This document shows, piece by piece, positions 23,440 to 34,515 of a stretch of DNA of 41,703 nt. Both the position numbers and the translations under genes were made by a program. Every line of letters begins with the position of its first letter. Within the stretch, counting starts at the first letter, position 1. Source of the DNA: Catajapyx aquilonaris. Taxonomy: Eukaryota. Location of the stretch: positions 62,001 to 103,703 of the forward strand of contig JYFJ02000867.1 of NCBI GenBank assembly GCA_000934665.2, written 5' to 3'. The notes under the pieces were generated by a model, which ran no database searches, was not told where the DNA came from, and saw only the letters and a program-made list of their open reading frames with translations.

Positions 23440-23825
23440 TTTACATATTTATGATGTTATTATTTATATATTTATGATGTTATTATTTATATAGTTATGA
23501 TGATATTATAAATATATTTATGATGATATTATAAATATATAAATATATTTATGATGATATTATAAATATATAAATATATTTATAATATCATCATAACTAT
23601 ATTTATAATAACATCATAAATTTATGATGTTATTATAAATACAGTTATGATGATATTATAAATATATTTATGATGTTATTATTTATATAGTTATGATGAT
23701 ATTATAAATATATTTATGATGATATTATAAATATATTTATGATGTTATTATAAATATATTTATTGTGTTATTATTAATGTTATTTATTATGTTATTATTA
23801 ATGTTATTTATTATGTTATTAATTA
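23440..23825. repeat. AT-rich about 23-25-bp minisatellite with an embedded 102-bp palindrome
   Basis: Unit approximately TATATTTATGATG(A/T)TATTATAAA. 23570-23671 is self-complementary around 23620/23621 with one mismatch. Confidence 0.92.
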
Positions 23826-23851
23826 CATAATACATTAATGTACTATTATAT

Positions 23852-24661
23852 GGGTCATTTTACGGTAACGGAGGGGACATAATTAATGGATTTTGCTCCT
23901 TCAAATATAAATTCTGTACGTATAACTAAAGTGTTTTTGGATGTTATGTAACATTTTGATTTGGTGAAGTACCGTATTGCATAGTGTAGGCTACTATTTA
24001 AATTTAATATTCAGTGTTTGTCATCTGAGATGGGCAGCGGTGGGGGGTGGGACGGGTTGTTTATAGGTTTTTTTACGAGTTTTAATTATTAGTTCATATG
24101 TTGGGTTAGCTTGCGTTTCCCTTCATCGCTGACTACCCCTCATAGGGAAATGTCGTGATGTTGATGATGATGATGTAACATTTCAACAGCAACATAGTCA
24201 TGGTGTTAAGATTATGAAACATCAGATGCTGATAATGTTATTTGTGTTTTAACATGATGATTTAATTACATTAAGTCAGGTAACGGACAGGACAGAAAAA
24301 AGACATGCACACGAATTGTGGCACACATAATAGCAAAACTATGTTCTCTTGAACATTTCAGATATAAATTTTTCAGTATAGGTTCATTCCAAAATTAAGT
24401 TTTTGAATGTAATTGGTACGGTGATAATTAATCTAGGTAACGGACGGGACAACGAATGTTTAACTGACAGTTACAGTCATTTGTGTCCTTGGTTAAAAAT
24501 GTGCCAAGAGAATGAGTCTGGAGTAAGCATTCATCTATTCTTCATTAATTTCACAGAACCTCCGAAATTTTGGTTGACATGAGAGTTTAAAAAGCAAAAT
24601 AAATCGCTTTTAAACCTTAACTTTTCACCATTGAAATGTCCCTTTTCGCGTGGAATGACCC
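23852..24661. mobile_element. Non-autonomous TIR DNA transposon, Sola2-like (GGG...CCC termini, 4-bp TSD)
   Basis: Left end GGGTCATTTTACG...GGGACA; right end reverse complement GGGTCATTCCACG...GGGACA. Flanked by ATAT on both sides (23848-23851, 24662-24665). GRG/CYC termini plus a 4-bp TSD are described features of Sola2. No transposase ORF. Confidence 0.7.
24103..24175 (+). mobile_element. Possible 3' tail of a SINE/LINE retroposon nested in the Sola2-like element
   Basis: gactaccCCT-CAT-AGGgaaatgtcgtgat stem-loop followed by a (GAT)n tail; this layout is typical of LINE-derived 3' ends. No clear TSD. Confidence 0.3.
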
Positions 24662-25781
24662 ATATACACAGTGTTATGTATTTATAGCTATTCCACCTTG
24701 ATTGTACGTAAGTTATATGAATATTTATTAGATTTATCATGCAGTTACTGTTATTTATATTATTCGACTGCTTATTTTCATATTGTTTATTATATATTCA
24801 GTATTTATTGTTATTTGCTGAAATCTCATATTATTATTGAATATCACTTTTGAGCTAGGACAAACACATGGTATTTTCTCCTGTTTAAATATAGCGCTAA
24901 ATATGGCAGCATTTATGTATGTAGTAAATACAGTAGTTTACTATTACGACAGTATTATCACTCAACTGACGTGAGTGATAGATCTCCATATGAATATTGC
25001 AGACCTGCTATCGGGGGGATCATATCTGTTTGGTATAGAGGCAGTTGTTATGATCCTACGTGCACGATGCCATCCAGCCTCAACATGCGATTTTGGTTGG
25101 TTTTTTTTGTGTGCAGACGATGGCGCACCCATTTACCCCCCGGAGGCATTTTGTCACACAATACGTAACAAAATAATAAACATTGTTTGAAGTCTGGCGT
25201 GAGCTGGGGTACAGCTCCAAGCTACACATGCGATGAGATTAGACTTTTTCCATGTGATGAAATTGGCAAGCAACTTTTTTTTCGCAGTTCATTACTCAAA
25301 TAATTTGTACACAGTGTATGTTGGCATTTCCGCCCAATAACTATGTTTATTTCCAGTGCTCTAAACATTGCTCACTGCGAATTTTAATTATTATCAACTC
25401 ACCGCAATTTTTCTGCGTGATTCTCTCTAGCTAATTACGCGCACTGCAATCTGTGGCGCTGTGTTAGCTCCCTCTTTATGCAAAATGTGTCCCACTTGAT
25501 AATGAAATTAATTTTGGGCGGCGAAGAAATTGCCCAAGCCGCGACTTTCTTTTGTGCATTCGCTGCGGTGCTGCCGTTGTTTGTACCTGGGCATCGCTTT
25601 GTTTCTGCAATTTTCGGTAATAACGTTGTGCAAAAAAACCGGTTGCAAAAAGCTTGCAAAAATCCACGCTCGGATAGTTTCATCCGACCGAGGTTTTGAC
25701 ACAATACGTGATAATTTCGCCAACATTTTAAGGCGATTTACTGTGAACAAGTTATGGGAATGTCATAATAATTATTATAAG

Positions 25782-25855
25782 TTATATAGAATTGGCTTGG
25801 GTGTGTGCCTCTGTTTGTCCTGCGCCATCTATGTTATGGATAAGTACTACGTGGA
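25782..25855 (+). mobile_element. Helitron-like family H fragment
   Basis: tatagaattggcttgggtgtgtgcctctgtttgtcctGCGCCATCTAtg...agtactacgtgg is the reverse complement of blocks in 17660-17782. Confidence 0.7.
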
Positions 25856-26990
25856 AATCCGAGCAGTTCCTGTACAGGTTTAGCGTGCGTTATCCTGAAG
25901 TTATCCGGCTTCAGATCTGCAGAAGTTGAGACCATTCGATTCAGTTATATTTTCAGCTCACTGCAACAGCCTTTTGTTAGTGACGTTTGTAGCTAATTAC
26001 ACTTCCAGTTGAGCGGAAATAAAAATCCACCCTTTTTGCCAGTCGTGTCTGAGCTGGTCCCACAAAGCGATCTAGAGCTGGAAGCATGCAGACAGCGATC
26101 AGAAAATAGTCGCGGAATAGCATTTTTTTTTGAGCACCAGTGCAGCGAAATGGAGCTCACAAAAAAGCACTCTGCTTTTTTCACTTTCTTTTTACAACCC
26201 TAATGCGTGAGCCAACAATTCCGCATCCTTTTGGTGGCCAATGAGGAGGAATAAAAGGGTTCTCTTGAAATCCGGAGGGTGACCACCGCGCAAAAAATAA
26301 TGGACATTAGTTAAGGTCAACAGTTGCTCGTGGGATTAACTGTGGAGTAATTATCTAATTATAACTAAAGATTAACTAACTAAACAAAGAGGATTAGTAA
26401 CAATAATTATTTTGATATCGACGTGTTGCATTGTCATTTTCTCTCATTTGAATGCCATAGATTTGCAGCTCTACTTTAAAATCTGCATACTTTTTTTGTA
26501 ATGCGTGTCATTTGAGAGTCTTAAATTGGAGCCGGATTCCCCTAAAGAATGAAGAAAGCTCCAGTAAATCAGTGAACAGCAAATGTATAGCAAAAAAAGA
26601 GAGAGTATCATTACAATAAGTCTCCGATGCTCCGGAGCGGAGTCACATGTTTTCTTATCGGTTTTGCAACTGATAGTGAGAGAGAGAGAGAGAAGAGAGA
26701 CTCTTCGAAAATAAATGGCTGAGTTGGGAGAATCAAAATAATAGCTGGGATAACGAGTTTCTTCGCTCATAAAAAAGGAACAGGAAGAGAAACAGAGGAG
26801 GTGTCCGGATTTTTCTGTGGTGCCGGATTTATCGAGCCTTCCAACCCCGGAGTGCTCCGGTTTCACTCTCTAGAACCCCCCGCTCTCTCTCTAAATAAAA
26901 GTAGGGGGGGGGGGGGTTCAGATAATAAGTCGAGACAGAGCTGATAACAACAACAACTGAAGCAATAATTTTCTTTAAATTGTAGACAGT

Positions 26991-27270
26991 TCAATTTAAG
27001 AGCCTCGAGCAGTGAGCGATTTTTGACCCTGTGATAGGGAAACGTTTGAAATATTAGTTATCACATTATTTACATTATTTTAGCTCATTACCATATTGGT
27101 TGGATTATATCAGTTACACCATTAGTTATTAATAATCTCGTATTAGTTGCCTCATTAGTTATATCATATATTAGCGATGTCATTCTAATAATTAGTTGTT
27201 TATCAATTTAAGCGCCTCGAGCAGTGAGCGATTTTTGACCCTGTAATTATGAAATTATGAAATATTAGTT
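26991..27270. repeat. Direct repeat pair (42 bp, 212-bp period) within a degenerate ATATTAGTT array
   Basis: 26991-27032 and 27203-27244 are identical at 41/42. Each is followed shortly by tgaaatattagtt. Confidence 0.9.
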
Positions 27271-27276
27271 GTTATA

Positions 27277-27530
27277 CTGGGTGGACCAACCTCAAGTATC
27301 GTTTTATAACGGCGATTAATAGCAGTGATTTTGCGATGATGTAGCAGCGACGTGTAAAATGTCCCACTTCGGCGCCATAGAAAATATTAGCTGCCAATAG
27401 GGCAGCCAATTGGCAGCTAATATTTTCGATGGCGCCGAAGTGAGCCATTTTACACGTCGCTGCTACGTCAATCGTAAAGCGCTTCTATTAATAGCCGTTA
27501 TAAAACGACACTTGAAGTTGGTCCACCCTG
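27277..27530. mobile_element. Tc1/mariner-type foldback MITE (254 bp)
   Basis: TA|C(T)GGGTGGACCAAC...GTTGGTCCACCCTG|TA. Arms of about 122 bp are complementary with scattered mismatches around a 10-nt loop (27399-27408). Confidence 0.92.
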
Positions 27531-28488
27531 TATTATTTATATTAGTTAAGTGCCATACTGGTTGTATTATATTAGTTACGCAATTGGTTATTAATATTAT
27601 ATTAGTTACATCATCAGCTTCATCATAATACTAGTCGATACAGATATAATTTTATTAATTTATTATCTACATCACTATATTAGTTATTATTAAATATAAG
27701 TCATTGGAAATAGAAAATGTTGCCAGTTGGAGAGTGGATTCAAACTACGTACTGTACAACGAACTTAACGGATTTACACACACGACCGTGGATACTTTGT
27801 ATCAAACGTAAACCAAAAAATGGCTCGCTGAACTTTTTACGACTATTGTACGACTACTGTAGAAGTGACTATCGGATTTCATATATAGTCGCATAAAAAA
27901 GCCCCCGGATTTATATTTTCTCCCCACCAATATTCGAGTGCAACTGACCATCAGAGGTTTTCGATTCGACACAAGAGACACATCCCCTGGTGATGGTCTG
28001 TGTTGTCCAACCTGCGATACCAGTAATTAAACAAACAGTAGGTAGCAACGTTTTCATAGATCGATGACGAATGGTGTCATGGTGATAGAAGTTGTGGAAG
28101 GGTATAGCGGAAAGAGAGGAGGGGGAGAGGGAGGGGGGGGGTGAGAGTTTGGGTCAATTTCTGTTGGGGGGTCTATCACGACACCCTCCAACCGACGGTC
28201 ATGCCATCCGATATTTTAGGTCGGAGTGATAATTATAACTGGTGAGTACATGTGATACCAAAGTAGACTCTTAATTAATTTATTTGATTTATAAAAAGGC
28301 ATGGTGCGAACAACGTAATGAGAATTTTTGCAATCATGCATTTTGACAGGTGCGGCGAATTCAATACGGCCCAGGAATGACAGGAGGTGGAATTCGCAAA
28401 GTGCTGCTTGTAACTTCTCACACGAACAACTGTTAATTCCCACTGATGTGTTTCTCCATGAATTATCACACAAAGGAAAGGTTCATTA

Positions 28489-28711
28489 TAGACGAATTTA
28501 TTTACGAACGCAACCGAGTGCGCACCACAGTTCGCGCAGCATGCACGGTTGCCATTATCAGCGATAGTTGGTGTACTGTGCTGCACTTATTTCCAACGCT
28601 AAGCTGGGGGGAAACGAAATGGCGACGTTTGCGACGTTGCCAAGGTTCTCGAACGAGCTGCGCGAGTGTGGGTGCGTACTCGGTTTCTCTCGTAAAAATA
28701 AAATTCATCTC
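28489..28711 (+). mobile_element. TIR MITE family M, copy 1
   Basis: Imperfect TIRs of about 38 bp: TAGACGAATTTATTTACGAACGCAACCGAGTGCGCACC versus GGTGCGTACTCGGTTTCTCTCGTAAAAATAAAATTCATCT. Homologous to 29296-29553. Confidence 0.85.
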
Positions 28712-28727
28712 TCTATCGGAGAAATTT

Positions 28728-28824
28728 CGCGTAGTACTGAAGCCTACTATATTATACTGGCTGATGACTCACCCCGGACAACGAAACTCGAACATGCCCA
28801 CACACAAGGGATGAAATATAGTGC
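28728..28824 (-). mobile_element. Helitron-like family H fragment
   Basis: cgtagtact...gctgatgactcaccccggacaa...catgccca matches the reverse complement of 39048-39118. Confidence 0.55.
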
Positions 28825-29295
28825 AATTCAAGTTCCCCTTGCTAGAGTCATATTCCTCTTGGAAGTTTGACCACGGTGCACACAAAAGCGACAAAAGAGT
28901 TTGGGTGTGGGGGAGGTGGGGGGGGGGGGACAAGAAGCCGTCGCGACGCGTCGGTGGGAAAGTGACACTCCTCTGTGTCATTGATAAAAGAGCAAGACGG
29001 TCGACGTTTGCCGGTCGCATGAGAGCAAGCGGATGTTTCCGGTTCTCGACACGCACAATAGGGATTCCGAATATGGCGAAGTGCGATGGAAACGCCTCCG
29101 TGTGAACAGAAAAAAAAGAAGAGAGAAAAAAGGCGGGCCGGACCTTCACCACGGTACATTGCTGTTATAATGTGCGAGGCCTTGTCATTAGTCGTATTGC
29201 TCCGAGAAATGTGTCACTGACAAGGCTGTGCGATATCAGGAGTCATAATAATGTGTCAAATTTGTGGTTTATTTTTCTGCCACTAATATTCGCAA

Positions 29296-29553
29296 TAAAG
29301 GATTTTTTTGGCTAGCGCAACCGAGTGCGCAGAACAGTTTGCGCAGCTTGCACGGTTGGAATTATCAATGATAACTGGTAAGCTCTCTGAACAGTGGGTG
29401 TACTCTGCTAAATAAGCGCTGCGCTTATTTCCAACGCTACGCTTGGCGGGAACTAAAATGGCCGATGTTTGCGACGTTGCCAAGTTTCCGGAACGAACAA
29501 AGCTGCGCGAATGTGGGTGCGCACTCGATTACGATCGTAAAACCATTCATCTA
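29296..29553 (+). mobile_element. TIR MITE family M, copy 2
   Basis: Collinear with copy 1 (cgcaaccgagtgcgca...ttatttccaacgcta...gtttgcgacgttgccaag...gggtgcgcactcg...ttcatcta) with a small internal insertion. Confidence 0.85.
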
Positions 29554-32500
29554 TAGTTCAGCCCAAACTACAGTTTGCAGTGGAGTGACAAGATTTTTAT
29601 AGCCGATTTTTTTAAAAATTCGTCCAGTAAACTTTGTTTCTTTTTTTCTTCATTATTTTTTTTGCGAAAAGGAGACGTTCGTTACCCTCATTTTTTGGGG
29701 GGTACGGAACTGGAATAAAAGTCGACCTTTTTTTTTTGGGTGGGTGGGCTTTGTTTGCGAGATTGGGACCCAAAATCACGACATGTTTTATGGCATGCAC
29801 ACACGTGACATTTTCGTATCTGAAATATAATTTGCAGTGGCTTTTCAAAATTTGCAGAAGTTTCATTTTGAGTTTCTATTTTTCGACCTGGCTCCCTGGA
29901 CGTCATTGTTAATCCGTGTTATATGTGAATAATTAAATAATTTAAGGCACATCGCTTGATGAGCCTTTGATAATTACGGTGTAAATTCTACGACGTGACT
30001 GCTCTCATTAAATGGAAAATTACGTTGCGGAAAGGACTTCCTTCCCTTATTGGGTTATAAATGATTATACAGGAAAACCAGAATTGAACTTGCCGCACGG
30101 AGCGGAATGGTATTATACGCCCTGCAAAAAGGATTCATTTTAACCTCAAGTTTTTTTTTTTTTTTTTGCTAAGAACTTGGAATGGTTATGAAATTTTAAA
30201 ATAACATCGTCCTGTTTAAAATGTGACAATTAGAAGGACGGTCGTGTGTTGGGCCATTAATTTAACAATAATTTCTATTAAACCAAAAGTAGCCAATACA
30301 TTTTCTAATATTATTGATGCTTCAATGTAAACCAGGTTTGGATAATTATTATGAAACAGACAATTATTTCAGAAAGACTTAAACATGTTTAAAATCGACA
30401 CACTTCAAAATTCCGCACATTCCAAAGAGCTTCGAGGTAATGATAATGATCTTAATGAGTTATTGTTATCGTTATGACTTTCCAGGAGTATTGTTCAAGA
30501 ACAAGATTTTGCACCCTTTTGTTCCTTTTAATAATGGCTCTGAAATTAAGTTTGAAACATTCTCTCCCCAATAATATTTTCCGGATTCAAAAGAGCTAGA
30601 GAGCAGTTTGCTTAATTATTTCAACAACTTGATCAGAGTAATTTGTTAATTTTTTTGTAGACAACTTTTCTGGCTCTTTTCCATTCTGAAAATGTTTTCT
30701 TGGGACTGTGCAACCGGATTATTACCCGTACTCTTAAAGATAAACCCGACGTAAACACATTAATTTGTGTAGCCCTGCAGTTAAACGGATTCACAAAGGG
30801 TTAAAAGATGAGTGTCCACCGCTATACCCTGTATATCCCTCATCCAACGCAAAATTTTCAAAGGCTCGTTATAACCTAGTTTACAAAAGCTGCGGAAAAA
30901 CAGCAAGTTAATTATCTCCGGTTTAGAAGTTAAGCCCACGTTTTTTTTGTAAATATTACAAAAAAGGAGAAGATAGGGAGGCAGTGAAATTACCGGGGAG
31001 GAAAGTCTGGAGAAACAGGTGTTGAGATGCAATTAATCGATTGGTTGGGGGGGATCCTAGAGAGTATATATCTAAGGCAAAAGCAGAGGGGGGTTAGAGC
31101 AAAGTCAACACTTGTGGATTACCAAAGTTTTCATTTGTACATCTCAGGCAAAAAGCACCTCGCCAATTTTTTTTTACACTTCTTCTCCAAGTGCAAAAGT
31201 TTGAGATATACGAGGGGTGATTTACGAGAAAAGGCTTGAAGTTGAACCGACCTTTAAAAAAAACTTTGAGCTCAAAATGTAGTGAATAGTGCAATAGTGA
31301 AGTCGATATTCTACAAGTTTGTGGCAAGTCCACAGAAATCTGAGCACAAAATAAACAAGCAAACATTGCCTTTCATCATTTTTAATAACTTTTTCTGTAG
31401 CTCTTGGATATAATTATTTCTTTTTAGGAGCATCTAATATTGAAAAATAAGCCTAGTCTCTTTATTATTTGTAACCAACTTGCAGCTCGGTGGAGGTATT
31501 TATCACCTTGGGTAATCCGACCTCAGTGCAACAACCGAGACCTAATCCTTAGGCAGGGTCGGGCCTTATGAGATATATGGAGCCTAGGGGCAAGCCTTAG
31601 ATTTAGGGTCTGACTCTACATGTTGGAGCCAGCTTCACTAATCCGGAGGAAAAAAGTGATGAAAAATAGATAGTGAAATTCGATCTATAAAACTTTTTCT
31701 CTAAACACAACCTCCATGTTAAATAATTTTGGAAAGTCTCGTTCGTTTGTAGCTGTAATATTGCTTCACCCTCCGGTATATTTTTCCTGAACACACATCC
31801 CTCAGGAAAACGGTTAAACCAACCCCCCCCCCACCCCATGCAGTTTTGAGCTGTACATAACCCAAGTTCTAATACTGCAGATTCAAAGCATTTTTTTTGT
31901 CAAAAAAATTTCGGAACCTAAAGCTTCCACTGTATAACATTCGGATACATTTTTTTTTTCAAGTCCAAGGTACTAGAGGGGACTAATAAAAATCCGGTGG
32001 GCATGTCAAAGCCTCATCCGTACGTACACCATCCGTACCTGACCCTCATTTTTTTCTATCCAGGGGCATCCGGGGGGCTTGTTCCGGAATCCACCCGGGC
32101 TTCTGCGTCCCTAGCTTACCGCAATGCAGGGGGCGGATGATTGGCGCCCTCTGAAGGGGGTGGAAAAGGCACCCCTTCACTTTTTTTTAAACTTTTTTTT
32201 GGTGGGGTGTCCACATGCACTGGTCATATCGTTGGTCCATCTTGAGTTTGTTTCCAGCCTCCGGATTTGTCATGGACGTGATCCGGATATTTGGCGACAA
32301 TTCCTTTTGTTTGGGTGGGTGTGAGTTTTGAGGAAAGTATACTGTGGGAGGGTTGATGTATCGAACCGAGAGAGTTGCGTGTGGAGACGTCACTGACGAA
32401 AAATTGCCTCTGAACTCTTGCCAATAAACTGACAACGAATACAAATTTTTGGAAAAAATATGGCAAAGACACCCAAACTTCACGACATTCAGTAAATATT

Positions 32501-34237
32501 TTATTCTTGAACGTTTTTTGCTGGAAGTGTAGACGTACTTGAAATATTTTACAGGCGCATTGAATCGTGTTATCGATTCTAATATTATGGATGTGAGTCA
32601 AGGATAATGAAGGTTCCGGGTATTGTTTGCACCCCATAGTATGAAGCACTAGTTGCCGAACGTGCTGTACAAGTATGCCGATAATAATTTCACACTATGA
32701 TGGGGGCCTGCCGTTAAAATAGTTTGTGAAACGACCTTGAAGGGATGTTAACACTGATGACCTAATTTGGGCTTAAAATTGAGCATAATCATGCACATAT
32801 TTTTCTTTCAAAACTTTTCATACAGTATGTGCCATTTTAAAAGTTTCTGAAAACTTAATTTTAGCCTAATTATATCCCCATGGTATTGAAACTGGCAATT
32901 TACAACGTTTCAGGATTTGGCATAGCCACATACATGGTTACATGCATTATAAAACAATTTTGTGGCAGTGTGCTAGATGATTTCAGTTGCTTATTTTTTT
33001 AAAAAACAATTATTATATTTATCAAAAAAAATTATCAAGGAAGAAACCATTAAAATTGGACAATTAATCAGTCAGTCACACATATTAACTCCATTAACAT
33101 CAATTTCAATGGCCAGCCTTTAAAATTCCTAATTTTCTCTAACTGCTGTCAAATATTTAATAGAAATTTAAAGACGATTTTAACGCTTTCTGTATCCATT
33201 AGACGTGCAAAATATTTACATATCAGCAAATCATTGGGATTCTAAGTATAGAGTTAAAGCAAGTTTATCTTTTTTTGTTGGCACAATTCTCATTAAAAAT
33301 TTCTGCGATTGTAGCTGGTAGCTCTTCTTGAATGAAGGAAAACAGTTTTTTTTCTTGCTTTTGGGAAAATAAATTATTAGTAATCTGACCTGGTTTTGTG
33401 ACTTACTTGTCACGTTGCGTCCTGTACTGTAGCCTACAGTGTATAAAGGAAATGAAAGTTCCACATCGCCCGAATCCAGAAACTTTCAGTTTGACATTTA
33501 GACCCTCATAATTTTGTAATTTGAAGCGTCCGAGTACCTAGTTTTTCAGAGCACATATCTCCCGAAAAAAAGGCAGAGCAATAAATAAAAAAGGGGGTAA
33601 GGATGGAAGGGGAGAAGAAATAGGGCTGAGATCTGCAGGAGACGCATTGCGTTCTTTTCGAGGATTCTGCTGCAGTGAAATTCCATCCTCCCAAACATGG
33701 AATTCCCGGAGCCAGTGTGTCACGAGTATTGCTGCAAGAGGAGGAAGGGTCGCTCTTTCCTTGGCACAGGAATATGCGATGTTTCGGGAGGGTCCGAAAT
33801 GGGGAAAAGGAGGGGGACAGACCCTCCGCCCGTGTTAATATGCCACGGAAGTAATGGAAACCAGAAGGAATGGTCTCCACCAGGAGACTTGATCTCCTAA
33901 ACTCGCAGGTCAGGCAGGTGGAAATGCGGATAAAAAGAAACGGGAATCGACTCCATTTCAAGCCAGAAATTTATTTATTTTTTTCCTTTCGGAGAACTGA
34001 AAGAAAATATATAGTGTTTGCCGCTAAATCGATTTTTAAGGCAGTTACCTATTGTGAGCGCTTAGAGAAATAATGTTTTTAAACTGATAATAATAAGTTC
34101 CTGCTAATGTTAGGTCGAGTAGAATATTTAGATCTTAAATATTAGAATGAATCCGAACTGTTAACCAAAGAGCTTAATACTAGGAAGAGTGGAAAAAACA
34201 GCTGGTAGCATAGCAACCGTGTCTCCAATCGACTGAC

Positions 34238-34251
34238 CTGCCACCTGGCGG
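34238..34251 (-). promoter_or_regulatory. CTCF-consensus-like site
   Basis: Reverse complement CCGCCAGGTGGCAG fits the CCGCNNGGNGGCAG consensus exactly. Motif match only. Confidence 0.45.
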
Positions 34252-34327
34252 TCGACAACCAAACTCGATACTGTATTGTACAATACGGTAGATCGAGGCA
34301 GTGCCGGAAATATGGCAGTATTAATGG

Positions 34328-34515
34328 CTAGTATTAAGCTCTTTGCTGTTAACCTTTGACCGATTTTGACTTGAGGTCAACTCTGTGTTATTTTTCAAAT
34401 AAATACTGATAAGAAGTTGGTATATGGTAACCATAGTAATATTGGAGCAACAAACTCCCATCCTATCCTAATCTATCCTAACCTGGACAAAGAAACATTG
34501 CTTTTTATAATAAGA
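34328..34515 (-). mobile_element. Degenerate Helitron-like remnant
   Basis: Starts CTAG on the + strand and ends ggacaaagaaacattgctttttataataaga (minus-strand TC start). Contains (TCCTA)n and an X-box-like GTAACCATAGTAAT. No 3' hairpin evident. Confidence 0.35.

Noticed and set aside
28275..29483. Two ORFs sharing a Cys-rich NRAxCANCxAHSVA motif (zinc-finger-like)
   Set aside because: The similarity comes from the duplicated MITE. The ORFs are short and differ elsewhere.
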